Positions 47,488 through 56,568 of a DNA stretch of 59,401 bases are shown here, piece by piece. The translations under genes were made by a program, and so were the position numbers. The DNA comes from a virus (lineage: Duplodnaviria; Heunggongvirae; Uroviricota; Caudoviricetes). How positions within the stretch are numbered: position 1 is the stretch's first letter; the number at the start of each line of letters is the position of its first letter. The notes under the pieces were generated by a model, which did no database searches, was not told the origin of the DNA, and worked only from the letters and a program-made list of their open reading frames with translations. The DNA lies in the IMG/VR virus record IMGVR_UViG_3300021256_000055, positions 199,124 to 258,524 of that record, one strand, 5' to 3'.

Positions 47488-47614
47488 AGTAAGATAATTA
47501 GCTTAATAAAAAAGAAAGATCCACACAACGCATGGATCTTTCAGTGAGGTAACTATGCTTTGATTAAAACAAAACTAAAATCTTCAATAGAAGATTAAAG
47601 ATTTTAATTATGCC

Positions 47615-47806
47615 TCAATCCTGGGCATTTTCATCCTGGGCCTTAAACTCCTGGGATGTAAGAGCGACTGACACAATTCTGATATACTTTGATCTAGGAG
47701 CAATCTTCCAGAAGATATACTTTGCTTCTTCTTCAGACTCTGCTTCTATTCGCTGCATGTGATATTTGCCATCGGCATCTTCCGCTGTAATTAAGTAATT
47801 GCTCAT
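47615..47806 (-). CDS. Hypothetical protein
   Basis: CTAATT 4 nt before ATG. Confidence 0.65.
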   Translation of the reverse strand: MSNYLITAEDADGKYHMQRIEAESEEEAKYIFWKIAPRSKYIRIVSVALTSQEFKAQDENAQD

Positions 47807-47939
47807 GCTTAATTAGCGAAAAATTAAAAACTTCCTAGGTGCTGCGCCGCAAGGGAAAGTTTTTACAGAGGCCCTCGAACCACCTAGCCTCTATCAAGTT
47901 ACGCTTCAAACCGGTTCAACTTGCAAGCTACCGGCCCCT

Positions 47940-48025
47940 CGGACCTAATCGGATTCGAACCGATATTCTACGCCTTTCCACTGTGGGCTTTAAGCGTAGG
48001 CCTAAGCCAATTAGCGGATAGGCCC
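47940..48025 (-). tRNA. tRNA-like element with expanded (18-nt) anticodon loop and G3.U70 pair
   Basis: GGGCCTA/TAGGTCC acceptor; AATTGG D loop; ACGCT/GGCGT stem; ATCGG-TTCGAAT-CCGAT T arm. Confidence 0.6.
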
Positions 48026-48431
48026 GGAACAATAGCTATTTATGCTTATCATCTGTACCACCCTGAAAAGTTGTGGCCTCGGGATGATTACCGTGGGTTG
48101 CTACCCCGCCAATCTAAAGCCTGGCGACTTTGAGAAAAGAGCCTCAACTAGTATAAGCTCTACATGCCCGAGTTTGTTTAGGTCAACTCTGTTTAACATG
48201 CTTGCAATTACAACCTTTAAGACAAGAAGCCTTAGTAAGACGCACTAGTCCCCTCACTTATCAGGAAATGCAGTTCCCGGAGCTTTCGCCTGCATACTAC
48301 TCGCAATGGTATTGGTTATAGTAAGTCTTACTAAAACTTCTTTTGAAGTTCTAGTGCAAGAGGATTCATTTAACGTAGCATAGCCTCTCACATCTTAATA
48401 TCCGTTCGCTACGGTAAGTGTTTTAACTTAC
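48026..48431 (-). ncRNA. Candidate ~400-nt highly structured RNA co-transcribed with the tRNA-like element
   Basis: Promoter +1 at 48431, no SD-led ORF, many helices. Confidence 0.55.
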
Positions 48432-48488
48432 ATATATAATATGTAAACTAAACTTGTAGAGTACAAAAACTCTACAGGCTTATCTTAC

Positions 48489-48887
48489 TTACCACATATG
48501 ATCCCAGGTTACAACTAATGTATTGTAATTAATACCAGTATCATTTGCGTGATTTGTCATATATTGCAGTTCTGGAAGTGGTTCGCGTTCATATGTTGTG
48601 ATGGTATATCCACACTTTTCCAAGCGTTCTTTAATTACTTTAAGAATGCAACGATTTGGACAACACCAAAAACCATCTGGAGCGCGCACCACGCTGAGTG
48701 TTATACCATAGAATCCCATTTCAGCAGTAAACTTGATTTTATCAAATGCGTAATCCACATAGTACTCAGCATTATAATATCTAAAATCAGTATCAGGATT
48801 ATTTTTTCTGAACTTATCAAGATTTTCCGAAAGCCGCTCATAGGCTTCTCTTCGGATTCCCCGTGCTTTTTCAGCGTGTAATTCCAT
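48489..48887 (-). CDS. Hypothetical protein
   Basis: GGGG SD. Confidence 0.7.
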   Translation of the reverse strand: MELHAEKARGIRREAYERLSENLDKFRKNNPDTDFRYYNAEYYVDYAFDKIKFTAEMGFYGITLSVVRAPDGFWCCPNRCILKVIKERLEKCGYTITTYEREPLPELQYMTNHANDTGINYNTLVVTWDHMW

Positions 48888-48896
48888 AATTCCCCC

Positions 48897-49250
48897 TTAT
48901 TTTTTATTTTCCCAGACATACTCACCATTTATCTTGCGAACTGTACCCTTTTCGATACACTGGTTTACAAGCTGGTTTGCATAATGCGGCATCTTGCGTT
49001 TTACCCTTTCCATTACCTCAGGAAAGAGAGGCTTACCAGCTTTTGCGAGTCTTCCATAATAGGAAAATCTCTTTGCATCTGGTTTGCTGAAGCCAACCTC
49101 ATTCTGGTTCACTGTATGATCAGTGGCCTTTTCCAATGAAGTCTGATTGTCATAAACTACAATCAATGCGCGGCGTGCCCAACCATCATCTGTTGCGATT
49201 TTGTTTTTGAAGTATTCCAAAACAGCTGCCTTAGATGTAAGTTTTTCCAT
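48897..49250 (-). CDS. Conserved phage hypothetical protein
   Basis: RALIVVYDNQT..E....T...N.VGFS..DA motif. Confidence 0.75.
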   Translation of the reverse strand: MEKLTSKAAVLEYFKNKIATDDGWARRALIVVYDNQTSLEKATDHTVNQNEVGFSKPDAKRFSYYGRLAKAGKPLFPEVMERVKRKMPHYANQLVNQCIEKGTVRKINGEYVWENKK

Positions 49251-49322
49251 ATCATCCTCCATACATTTATAATATGTTTTTAATGTCTGCAGAGTACAAA
49301 AACTCTACAGACTTTTCTAACA

Positions 49323-49508
49323 TTAACCGATTTTTTCAACCGTGATTTTGAACACGCCATCATGACGAGTTACTTCAAAAACTCCCGGCTCAATTGGTTC
49401 CATCTTTTCGATACGAGTACCAACAACTTCATCATCATCACAGTCAATCATGTTGCAATCAAGTACTGTGCGAATGTCCTGTGCCAAGTCTTCTGCTAAA
49501 TCGTTCAT
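49323..49508 (-). CDS. Small acidic protein (start moved to MNDLAE)
   Basis: GGAGG SD. Confidence 0.7.
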   Translation of the reverse strand: MNDLAEDLAQDIRTVLDCNMIDCDDDEVVGTRIEKMEPIEPGVFEVTRHDGVFKITVEKIG

Positions 49509-49518
49509 ATTTACCTCC

Positions 49519-49920
49519 TTAGTAATCTGAAACAATATCCCAAATTTTTTTGAGTTTTAGTTCAGTATCATGTGATACTTTGAAGTAGAGCTGCAAGCTG
49601 CTTGATACAACATCTGTCAGTGTGTACCAGATACCATCGCTTTTCTTATCAGCATTAGTTGCAACCATAATTGTTGGCTTCATAAAAAGCCCAAGAGACT
49701 GATTTGGTCCGTGAGATGTAACTTTGAGTGCTACATCATCACAACGATACATTTTTGATTTTGCATCATATTTAACCAATCCAACAACACGAGCTCTGTC
49801 AAGAGCCTCATCATAAAGACGTTTTGTTATATCGAACTTTCTTGCAAGGTTATCGCTTGCAGTTCTCAAATCGTCTTTGGCATGTTTGATTTCAATGATG
49901 GAATCACTAATTCTTCCCAT
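49519..49920 (-). CDS. Coiled-coil family protein (divergent)
   Basis: YDEALDRARVVGLV resembles the LD.AV.DG motif. Confidence 0.7.
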   Translation of the reverse strand: MGRISDSIIEIKHAKDDLRTASDNLARKFDITKRLYDEALDRARVVGLVKYDAKSKMYRCDDVALKVTSHGPNQSLGLFMKPTIMVATNADKKSDGIWYTLTDVVSSSLQLYFKVSHDTELKLKKIWDIVSDY

Positions 49921-50004
49921 AATTTACCTCAATTATAATATGTAATCTGTAGAAGAATAGTCTAAAAATTAAGGACAAATTATTTCTAACTTGTCCTTCT
50001 GATC

Positions 50005-50418
50005 TTATCCGCGTTTTATGTCCTCAAACTTCACGTTTGTATAAACTGTTATAGTATCACTTTCAATTGGAACAACATCTTCTGCTTCCATAATTTTTAA
50101 AATATCAGATAGGTTAGAATGGTCCCAATGTCTTGTATCTTTAATAAGCTTACCAAGAACTTCCCAGGCTTTATCCACCGATTCATATTTCATAAAAATT
50201 GAAATTGGCTTCTGCCCAGAATCAAAATAAACAAACACAGTCGGCCCAAGCATGTCAAGCTCGATGTTGTCATTGTCATACAACCGCAAATTAAATGGGT
50301 CTACACGCTCTTTGGTATCCAAAACTTTTTCAATTCTGTTTTCATAGTCATCCGCAGTTACTGCAAAGACGCTATTCAATATCAAAAGCGCTACAATCAT
50401 TATAAAAAGCTTTTTCAT
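50005..50418 (-). CDS. Signal-peptide-bearing protein
   Basis: MKKLFIMIVALLILNSVFA. Confidence 0.7.
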   Translation of the reverse strand: MKKLFIMIVALLILNSVFAVTADDYENRIEKVLDTKERVDPFNLRLYDNDNIELDMLGPTVFVYFDSGQKPISIFMKYESVDKAWEVLGKLIKDTRHWDHSNLSDILKIMEAEDVVPIESDTITVYTNVKFEDIKRG

Positions 50419-50462
50419 AGGCTACTCCTCATACATAATATGTAAGTAGCCTACGTAGAAGC

Positions 50463-50891
50463 CTAAGCAACTTTATCCAGGAATTCCTGAGTAAATTCAT
50501 TATTCTCAAACATGCTAAGCATTCTTGATTTGAATGCAGCTTTAAGTGGCTGTGTTGAATAATAATGTCCAGTGAAACGGAAATCCTTCTGGTTTTCTTT
50601 TGGCTGTGCTTTTAGTGTGCTTGAATAAATCTGAAGCGCATAATGTGTCTGGCCACCACCATGGGAAATTGTAACGCGTTCAAAGCGGTCCCAGAATGAA
50701 GCGCTCTCATCTTTTACAAATCGAGCTTCGTTACAGTCAATTCCAGCAGCCATAGGGCGATCCCAGCGAGCTGGACTAAAAGGAAACTCTACAAGATGAC
50801 CATTTATTTTAGCTGAAATTGTAATATAACCGTCCCAAGTATCATAAATCCACTTAGTATTAAGTTTAACTTCTGTTACCTTGAACTTCAT
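50463..50891 (-). CDS. Hypothetical protein (paralog of 30028)
   Basis: GGAGG SD before MKFKVT. Confidence 0.75.
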   Translation of the reverse strand: MKFKVTEVKLNTKWIYDTWDGYITISAKINGHLVEFPFSPARWDRPMAAGIDCNEARFVKDESASFWDRFERVTISHGGGQTHYALQIYSSTLKAQPKENQKDFRFTGHYYSTQPLKAAFKSRMLSMFENNEFTQEFLDKVA

Positions 50892-50973
50892 AATTGCCTC
50901 CAATTAAGCTTGTTTACAATTATAATATGTTCACAGTTCTACAGAAGTATAAAAACTTTTCTAACTTTTCTGA

Positions 50974-51663
50974 TTAGAGCCAATCCATCTTTGTGTAGCC
51001 CTTAAAGCCTTTACGCCAGATATACCAAGCATAAGCAATCTGTCCACCTGAATCTGATTCTGGTTCGTCAAGCTCATCGAGCTCTTCCTGAGTCCAATCT
51101 TTTGTGGCTTCTTCAAAGATTTCATTGTCTTTTTTGAAGTTACCTTGCTTTGCACAATTGATTCTGTCTGGAAAATCAAAAATCCATTCTGGATTAAGCC
51201 CATTCTTGAAAAGAAGCTTAGCTCTTTCGTTACCTTCCTGAAATTGAATCTTAAGAAGCATACAACAATACTGGTCGTCTTTCAAAAGGTTCATTGCTTG
51301 AATTACAAACTGAGCTCCATACTTATATGGTGGATTAGTAATAATCGCATCACCACGACATTCAGTTACATCAAAAAAATTCTCAACACGAGTTCCTGGA
51401 TAGTTCCTATCAAGAACATCTGAAGATTCAACCTGGAATCCATGCTTTTTCAATGTTGCCGCAATATGGCCCATACCAACAGCAGGTTCCCAAACATGAG
51501 TTGGTAAGTTAATATTGTGCTTTTTACACATATCCAGCAATCTTTCAACTGCTTTAGGTGGTGTTGCATAAAAATCGAGTTCGTCTCTATCCCTTTTTGA
51601 ACGGTTTGAAGCTCCAAGTCCATACATTCCAGAGCGAGCTCCACCCTTATAATCTTTTGGCAT
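50974..51663 (-). CDS. DNA N6-adenine methyltransferase
   Basis: DFYATP, WEPAVGMGHI (motif I), SDV, IITNPPY (motif IV). Confidence 0.85.
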   Translation of the reverse strand: MPKDYKGGARSGMYGLGASNRSKRDRDELDFYATPPKAVERLLDMCKKHNINLPTHVWEPAVGMGHIAATLKKHGFQVESSDVLDRNYPGTRVENFFDVTECRGDAIITNPPYKYGAQFVIQAMNLLKDDQYCCMLLKIQFQEGNERAKLLFKNGLNPEWIFDFPDRINCAKQGNFKKDNEIFEEATKDWTQEELDELDEPESDSGGQIAYAWYIWRKGFKGYTKMDWL

Positions 51664-51732
51664 ATAATACCTCTATATAGAATATGTAAATTAAACCAGA
51701 AAAGTATAAAAACTTTTCTGGCTTTTCTGACA

Positions 51733-52626
51733 TTAGAAGTTTGGACAGCCTTCCATAATAGTCATTCCCTTAAAGATTCCCTCACCATTATGGGCATCAT
51801 TTAAAAGCTTTTCAACTTCCTCTGATGTTTTATTAGCTAAGCCTGGAACATTGAAAGCTTCAACGCCCTCATAGCCAGCTATTTCTAAATCCTCAAGAGT
51901 TGCTAAAATCTTAATAGCATCAGTACATTTCAGGTTATAAAACTTATCAAGTACTGTTCTCACATTAAGTACTTTACCATGTCCATCCTGGTTCTGAATT
52001 GGCAAGAAGTCATTAAACTCTGGACAATCATAAAGCTCAGTCTTTGCAAAGCCATTTGAGCCATTGTAAGTATTCTCTACCATTTTTTTAAAAGCTGGAC
52101 TCTGAAACTTTCTCCAGCCCTGAGCAAAGTCAATATCTTTATCAGCAATATTATAGCCAGAGTCTTTCATTTTCTGAAGTACATCTAGCGCAAGTGTTGA
52201 ATCACTGATATGGTTTTCATAGCACTTGTGAAGTAATGTTCTAAGATTCATTGACTTGCCAGTTGATGCTGTTGGTTCAACCTTTACTTTAACTTTGCGT
52301 GTTGGCTTTTCTGCTGTTTTAGTTCCAGTAAATAAGCTTGTAATTTCAATTGGTACTTCAACATAGCCTCCAGCCCATCCTTGTGAGCGTTCAATCATAG
52401 TTTGCATAGCCTTAATATTGAAGCTCTTCCATGCGTGTATTTTCTCCATCCAATCAGCAGAAATAACGCCTTTAGTCCAGCCTTTAGATTCTGCAAGATC
52501 AAAAGCTTTTATAATGGTTTTAGCATCATAACAGCCTGCATCTCCAGCAGCTCTAAGCACTGATTTCATATTAATTTTAATGGATTGATTCTTTTTCAAG
52601 ATACAACCTTCCTTAAGAAGGCGCAA
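51733..52626 (-). CDS. Protein with three ~100-aa internal repeats (start may be 52569)
   Basis: M/L-N/K-.R.VL...........D....L......GW/GY repeated three times. Confidence 0.7.
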   Translation of the reverse strand: MRLLKEGCILKKNQSIKINMKSVLRAAGDAGCYDAKTIIKAFDLAESKGWTKGVISADWMEKIHAWKSFNIKAMQTMIERSQGWAGGYVEVPIEITSLFTGTKTAEKPTRKVKVKVEPTASTGKSMNLRTLLHKCYENHISDSTLALDVLQKMKDSGYNIADKDIDFAQGWRKFQSPAFKKMVENTYNGSNGFAKTELYDCPEFNDFLPIQNQDGHGKVLNVRTVLDKFYNLKCTDAIKILATLEDLEIAGYEGVEAFNVPGLANKTSEEVEKLLNDAHNGEGIFKGMTIMEGCPNF

Positions 52627-52735
52627 TTAAATAGATAGTTCTCTTTGCATTACGCCATAGATTCGTGGGTCCTATACAGAATCCTATATATCTATAATAA
52701 CAATCTTCTAAAAAATTAATGCTAATTAAAATACT

Positions 52736-53332
52736 ATGTCTCAAGAATTGGAGTCTCAGAGGGTTGAAACCGAAAAATATATTCGGGCTCATATTCAACG
52801 CGTGCAAAAATGGCTTTCTCACTTTTCTCGTCAGCTATACATCAGAGGTAGCAATCATGATGCATCTAAGCTCCAATCTCCAGAAATTGAAGGCTGGTCT
52901 CAAATGGACCTTGAGCCTCGCTACCCGTATGGCTCTCCTGAATATGAAGATAAAAAACGTCGCTATGAATGGCTATTCCACGCGCATTATTCTAGAAATA
53001 GGCATCACCCAGAATATTTTGATATACACGACAATAAAACCTTTGAAATGGACTTACTTGACCTTATCGAGCTTTTATGTGATTGGAATGGCTATAGAGA
53101 TTCTATTAGATATACCGAAGCTTCAGCTCTTGTAGACCAGCAATGTAAACGATATGGATTCTCAGACGAGCTTCATGATTTATTATTAAATACTTTAAGA
53201 AACTACTTTGTAGACTTTGGTGATTTCGGAGAACTTCCTGGAGAAGAAAAGAAAGTTGTAGGGTACTCTCCAAGTGGGCCTAAATATGATATTAAGGCTG
53301 AAGATAAGCCTCACGTTGATATTTTAGCTTAA
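52736..53332 (+). CDS. HD-like metal-binding protein (DUF5662-like)
   Basis: HI..V, HDASKL, HY..NRHHPEYF and D.IE.LCDW motifs. Confidence 0.7.
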   Translation: MSQELESQRVETEKYIRAHIQRVQKWLSHFSRQLYIRGSNHDASKLQSPEIEGWSQMDLEPRYPYGSPEYEDKKRRYEWLFHAHYSRNRHHPEYFDIHDNKTFEMDLLDLIELLCDWNGYRDSIRYTEASALVDQQCKRYGFSDELHDLLLNTLRNYFVDFGDFGELPGEEKKVVGYSPSGPKYDIKAEDKPHVDILA

Positions 53333-53334
53333 AA

Positions 53335-53603
53335 AAATTGAGGCCGCGAACCCTTTTTCGCGTGCCTCTAAGAACCACCTTTTGTTGAAGCGGAGATCGT
53401 GGACGCAAAACCGCTATAAATCGAGATTTTTAACAATGCACATACTCGTAATTGTGCCGCCTCATATTTATTAACGTGGCCCGTGGCTTCTGGTCACTCC
53501 CACAGTGAAGAGGTTACGAACCTCGGTTGTCTCCTACCCGTAAACTTCAAAGCCGATCGTACTTTTACTAGGAACGGATTATGCTTCACATACACCACAC
53601 TGT
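53335..53603 (-). ncRNA. Candidate ~265-nt RNA
   Basis: Promoter +1 at 53603, no credible ORF, ends in the GAGGC-CGCGAA hairpin plus U tract. Confidence 0.5.
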
Positions 53604-53661
53604 AATTATAATATGTATTTAGCTTAGGGAAAGTATAAAACTTTCCACTAAACTAACTTTT

Positions 53662-54303
53662 CTAATTTAGCCATTCTGTAATAACCTTAATAGCTTCTTC
53701 AGCATTTGGTTCTTTTGTCTTTAAGAGTTGTGTTGGCGTATAAGGATAAACATGCCAGCCAGTATCTATACCAGAGATCTTACCATTAACTATGGTAACT
53801 GTTAAATCCTTTGTAAATCGGTATACAGTAGAATACTCTCCCTTCATACATTTACAGTGGTCAGTTTGTGGGAACTTTTTTAAGAAATTATCCTCAAACC
53901 ACTTTTCATTTTGTACCTGTAAATCATGGTATTCTTTTCTAGCCTCTGATCTTTCTTTAAGTACAGCTTTCTTTTCTTCATAAATAGCCTGAAGCTCTGG
54001 GTCTTTACGAAGTTGTTCTACCGTAGTTTGAATAGCCACTGGACATTTACCCATATGCTTAAAGTAATATGTCAACTTATGCCCATTACATTCAGCTTCT
54101 CCACCAAAAGTAAGACTAATTTGGTCAGGCTTCGAGTAAATACGGCTATTATAATCTGGCCTTCCACCTAAAACTTTTTCATAATATAAAGCAAGTTTTC
54201 TATTTACCAGAACTCTGCTATTTTCTGCTGTATATGCACGCTTACTAGCTGCCTTCATTTTGTCTTGAAGTTCCTTAAGCTCCTGACACATTTTAAATTC
54301 CAT
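53662..54303 (-). CDS. Coiled-coil-containing hypothetical protein (start moved to MEFKMC)
   Basis: GGAGG SD at +1. Confidence 0.75.
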   Translation of the reverse strand: MEFKMCQELKELQDKMKAASKRAYTAENSRVLVNRKLALYYEKVLGGRPDYNSRIYSKPDQISLTFGGEAECNGHKLTYYFKHMGKCPVAIQTTVEQLRKDPELQAIYEEKKAVLKERSEARKEYHDLQVQNEKWFEDNFLKKFPQTDHCKCMKGEYSTVYRFTKDLTVTIVNGKISGIDTGWHVYPYTPTQLLKTKEPNAEEAIKVITEWLN

Positions 54304-54446
54304 AATTACCTCCATATATAATATGTGAATATTCTATAGAAATCCCAAAACTATCTTAACTCTTCTGATTTAAAATAAAAAAGGCCACAGATATATGTGG
54401 CCCTAACTCTCAACTTTGTCCAAGCTATGCGTATATAGAAATTGTC

Positions 54447-54677
54447 TTACTGTTCGTCTTTAATAATCCGAGACAAGGTAATCTGCTTATCCGCAGCGCG
54501 CTGAACAACATAACCATGTGTTGAATGTGTTTTGTTTGATTCACGCAGTGCTTTGTAAATGCAGTCTGATGCATTAAACTGGTCAATTCCAGTTTCCTGT
54601 GAAAGATATGCGCCCGCCTGGCGAACATTCTTAAAATACTGTGGCTGTGCCACTTTCAGCTGTTTAAGTGCATCCAT
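54447..54677 (-). CDS. F.N..AA.YL family putative DNA-binding protein
   Basis: FKNVRQAGAYL...CIYKAL......HGY.V.R, similar to the 55141 C-terminus. Confidence 0.7.
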   Translation of the reverse strand: MDALKQLKVAQPQYFKNVRQAGAYLSQETGIDQFNASDCIYKALRESNKTHSTHGYVVQRAADKQITLSRIIKDEQ

Positions 54678-54706
54678 TATTATACCCCTTTGGATTACTA
54701 AAAATT

Positions 54707-54961
54707 TTACATGTTCTTTATTACCACATGCTTATCATGATGATTGTAAGAATCCATGATTCCCGCTTTCATCGCATCATCAATCATCTGGGCCCACTGA
54801 TCAGAAGTATTTGCCCAAACAATAATCAACTCATCATGCCCAAAAACTGAATCCACATTATCCATAGAAACGCTTAGATTCTCCAGGAACTTAAGTGCTT
54901 TATCTTTAATCTGAATCGATTTGGACTGTCCGTTTTCGGTAAAGGTAATCTCTTTGACCAT
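54707..54961 (-). CDS. Hypothetical protein
   Basis: GGAGG SD. Confidence 0.75.
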   Translation of the reverse strand: MVKEITFTENGQSKSIQIKDKALKFLENLSVSMDNVDSVFGHDELIIVWANTSDQWAQMIDDAMKAGIMDSYNHHDKHVVIKNM

Positions 54962-55140
54962 CCTTTAACCTCCGTAAGGTTTTATTCCCTACATATATAA
55001 TATGTAGATTGTTCTAAAGAAGTATAAAATTCTATAAAACATTTTAATTTATATTATTATACTAACGGAACGGACTTGCCTAGAAATAAAAAAAGACCAA
55101 GATTTTTACATCTTGGTCTTCTTATTATGCCAGCTGCTTA

Positions 55141-55590
55141 TTAAGCAAGTGGTGTGAGTACTACTGTGTTGTCTTCGCGGCGTTCAACAGCGTACTTGTG
55201 TGTTTTATGGTTCTTAGCCTTAAGACACTTGTACAAGCAGTCAAGAGTGTTGGTAACCTTAAGGTTGAGAGTTGTTGCAAGATATTCAGCGGCTGCTTTC
55301 ATATTCTTAAACTCCATGCCAGCAACTGATGTTGCAGTTGTAACAGCTGGTACGATTGCTTCAGCTACTGTTTCAGCAGGTTCTTCAGCTACTTCAGTTT
55401 CAGCAACTGTTGCTGCGTCCATCTGAGCTTCTGTGTCAACGTCGATAGTTGCTTCGTTTGCAAACTCTGGTACTTCAACTGCAGCTTCCTGAGCTACTGT
55501 TTCCTGTGGAAGATCTTCGATTGGTTCATCGAAAAACTGATTGTACTGTTCAAGTGTCAAACCCATTGCTTCAACGTCTGCCATTTTCAT
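55141..55590 (-). CDS. Acidic E/A/T-rich linker plus F.N.K.AA.YL domain (start moved to MKMADV)
   Basis: GGAGG SD; C-terminus similar to 54447. Confidence 0.75.
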   Translation of the reverse strand: MKMADVEAMGLTLEQYNQFFDEPIEDLPQETVAQEAAVEVPEFANEATIDVDTEAQMDAATVAETEVAEEPAETVAEAIVPAVTTATSVAGMEFKNMKAAAEYLATTLNLKVTNTLDCLYKCLKAKNHKTHKYAVERREDNTVVLTPLA

Positions 55591-55741
55591 AATAATTACC
55601 TCCAAGTAATTCATTTAATTTGTTTTGTTGTTGCTGATTCATTCAGCTTACATATATAATATGTAATCTAATCTACAGAAGTATAAAACTTCTAAAAATT
55701 TTTTAGAAAAATCTGTAGAAAACTCTACAGACTTTTCTGAC

Positions 55742-56134
55742 TTAAATGTCCCTACCGTCCCACTGCAGGTAGTAAGTACCCCTGTATGGCGCGCCATAAT
55801 CGCTTGTATCTCTTTCATCAAGACCAAGATGTTCTACAGCAATCTGTCGGACCAGATCAGCTAGAAAGTCTTTATCGTCCATAAGAGTACGACGAAGATG
55901 TTCCTTGAATGATCCGCTTGGAGTTGAAAGCTCTTCAATACGTGCTTCCAACTTTGTTACTTCTTCTTTATGTCGCGCAGTCATATTATCACGGTTGCGG
56001 CCATACTCTTCATCAAGTCCCTTTTCAATTTTATTCCAAATTTCATGAGACAACTTGTTAGCATTTTCTATGCTGATTTTCATGTTTTCGCGCATAAAAT
56101 CACGAAGGTCACAAGAGTTTGTAAACTTATCCAT
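55742..56134 (-). CDS. Coiled-coil hypothetical protein
   Basis: GGAGG SD. Confidence 0.75.
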   Translation of the reverse strand: MDKFTNSCDLRDFMRENMKISIENANKLSHEIWNKIEKGLDEEYGRNRDNMTARHKEEVTKLEARIEELSTPSGSFKEHLRRTLMDDKDFLADLVRQIAVEHLGLDERDTSDYGAPYRGTYYLQWDGRDI

Positions 56135-56148
56135 TCTTAAGCCTCCCT

Positions 56149-56559
56149 TTAGATTGACATAAACTCTTTTAGTTTCTGGATTGCAGCTTTTTCAGCTTCT
56201 GTAAGAGTATCGATAATTGTATTATCGTGTACAGTTTTTCCAGTGTCTATATCAGCAAGATCAATAGCAAAGTAATCTGAGCGGTTATAGCAATAGATGC
56301 TGATTCCGCTATCCCCAGGATTGATGCAAACGCCAATACTAGTACCCGGAATAATATAATGATTTGGTGTAGGATACGGTTCAGTAGCCAAAAGTCCTTC
56401 TTTTTCGCTGTCTTTAAGAAGCTTACGACAATAACGACCGAACTTAGCTAAGCACGCATTTGATTCTTTTTTAGCTTCCAGGAACTGATCTTCAAGAGCG
56501 TTTGTTTTACTTTGAAGTGCAACATATTCCTGTTGCTTTTGCAAATAGTCTTTTAACAT
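56149..56559 (-). CDS. Coiled-coil family protein (divergent)
   Basis: N-terminal heptads, LLKDSEKEGLL. Confidence 0.7.
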   Translation of the reverse strand: MLKDYLQKQQEYVALQSKTNALEDQFLEAKKESNACLAKFGRYCRKLLKDSEKEGLLATEPYPTPNHYIIPGTSIGVCINPGDSGISIYCYNRSDYFAIDLADIDTGKTVHDNTIIDTLTEAEKAAIQKLKEFMSI

Positions 56560-56568
56560 AGAATCCCC

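Noticed and set aside
47835-47887. Additional tRNA between CTAGGTG and CACCTAG
   Set aside because: A 7-bp stem and a GTTCGA are present, but only 39 nt are enclosed with no cloverleaf; probably a trailer hairpin.
48026-48431. RNase P, tmRNA or group I intron assignment
   Set aside because: Only a loose GAAAGCUCCGGG resemblance to RNase P CR-I; no convincing CR-V, group I P7 (R/S) or tmRNA acceptor ends were found. Left unassigned.
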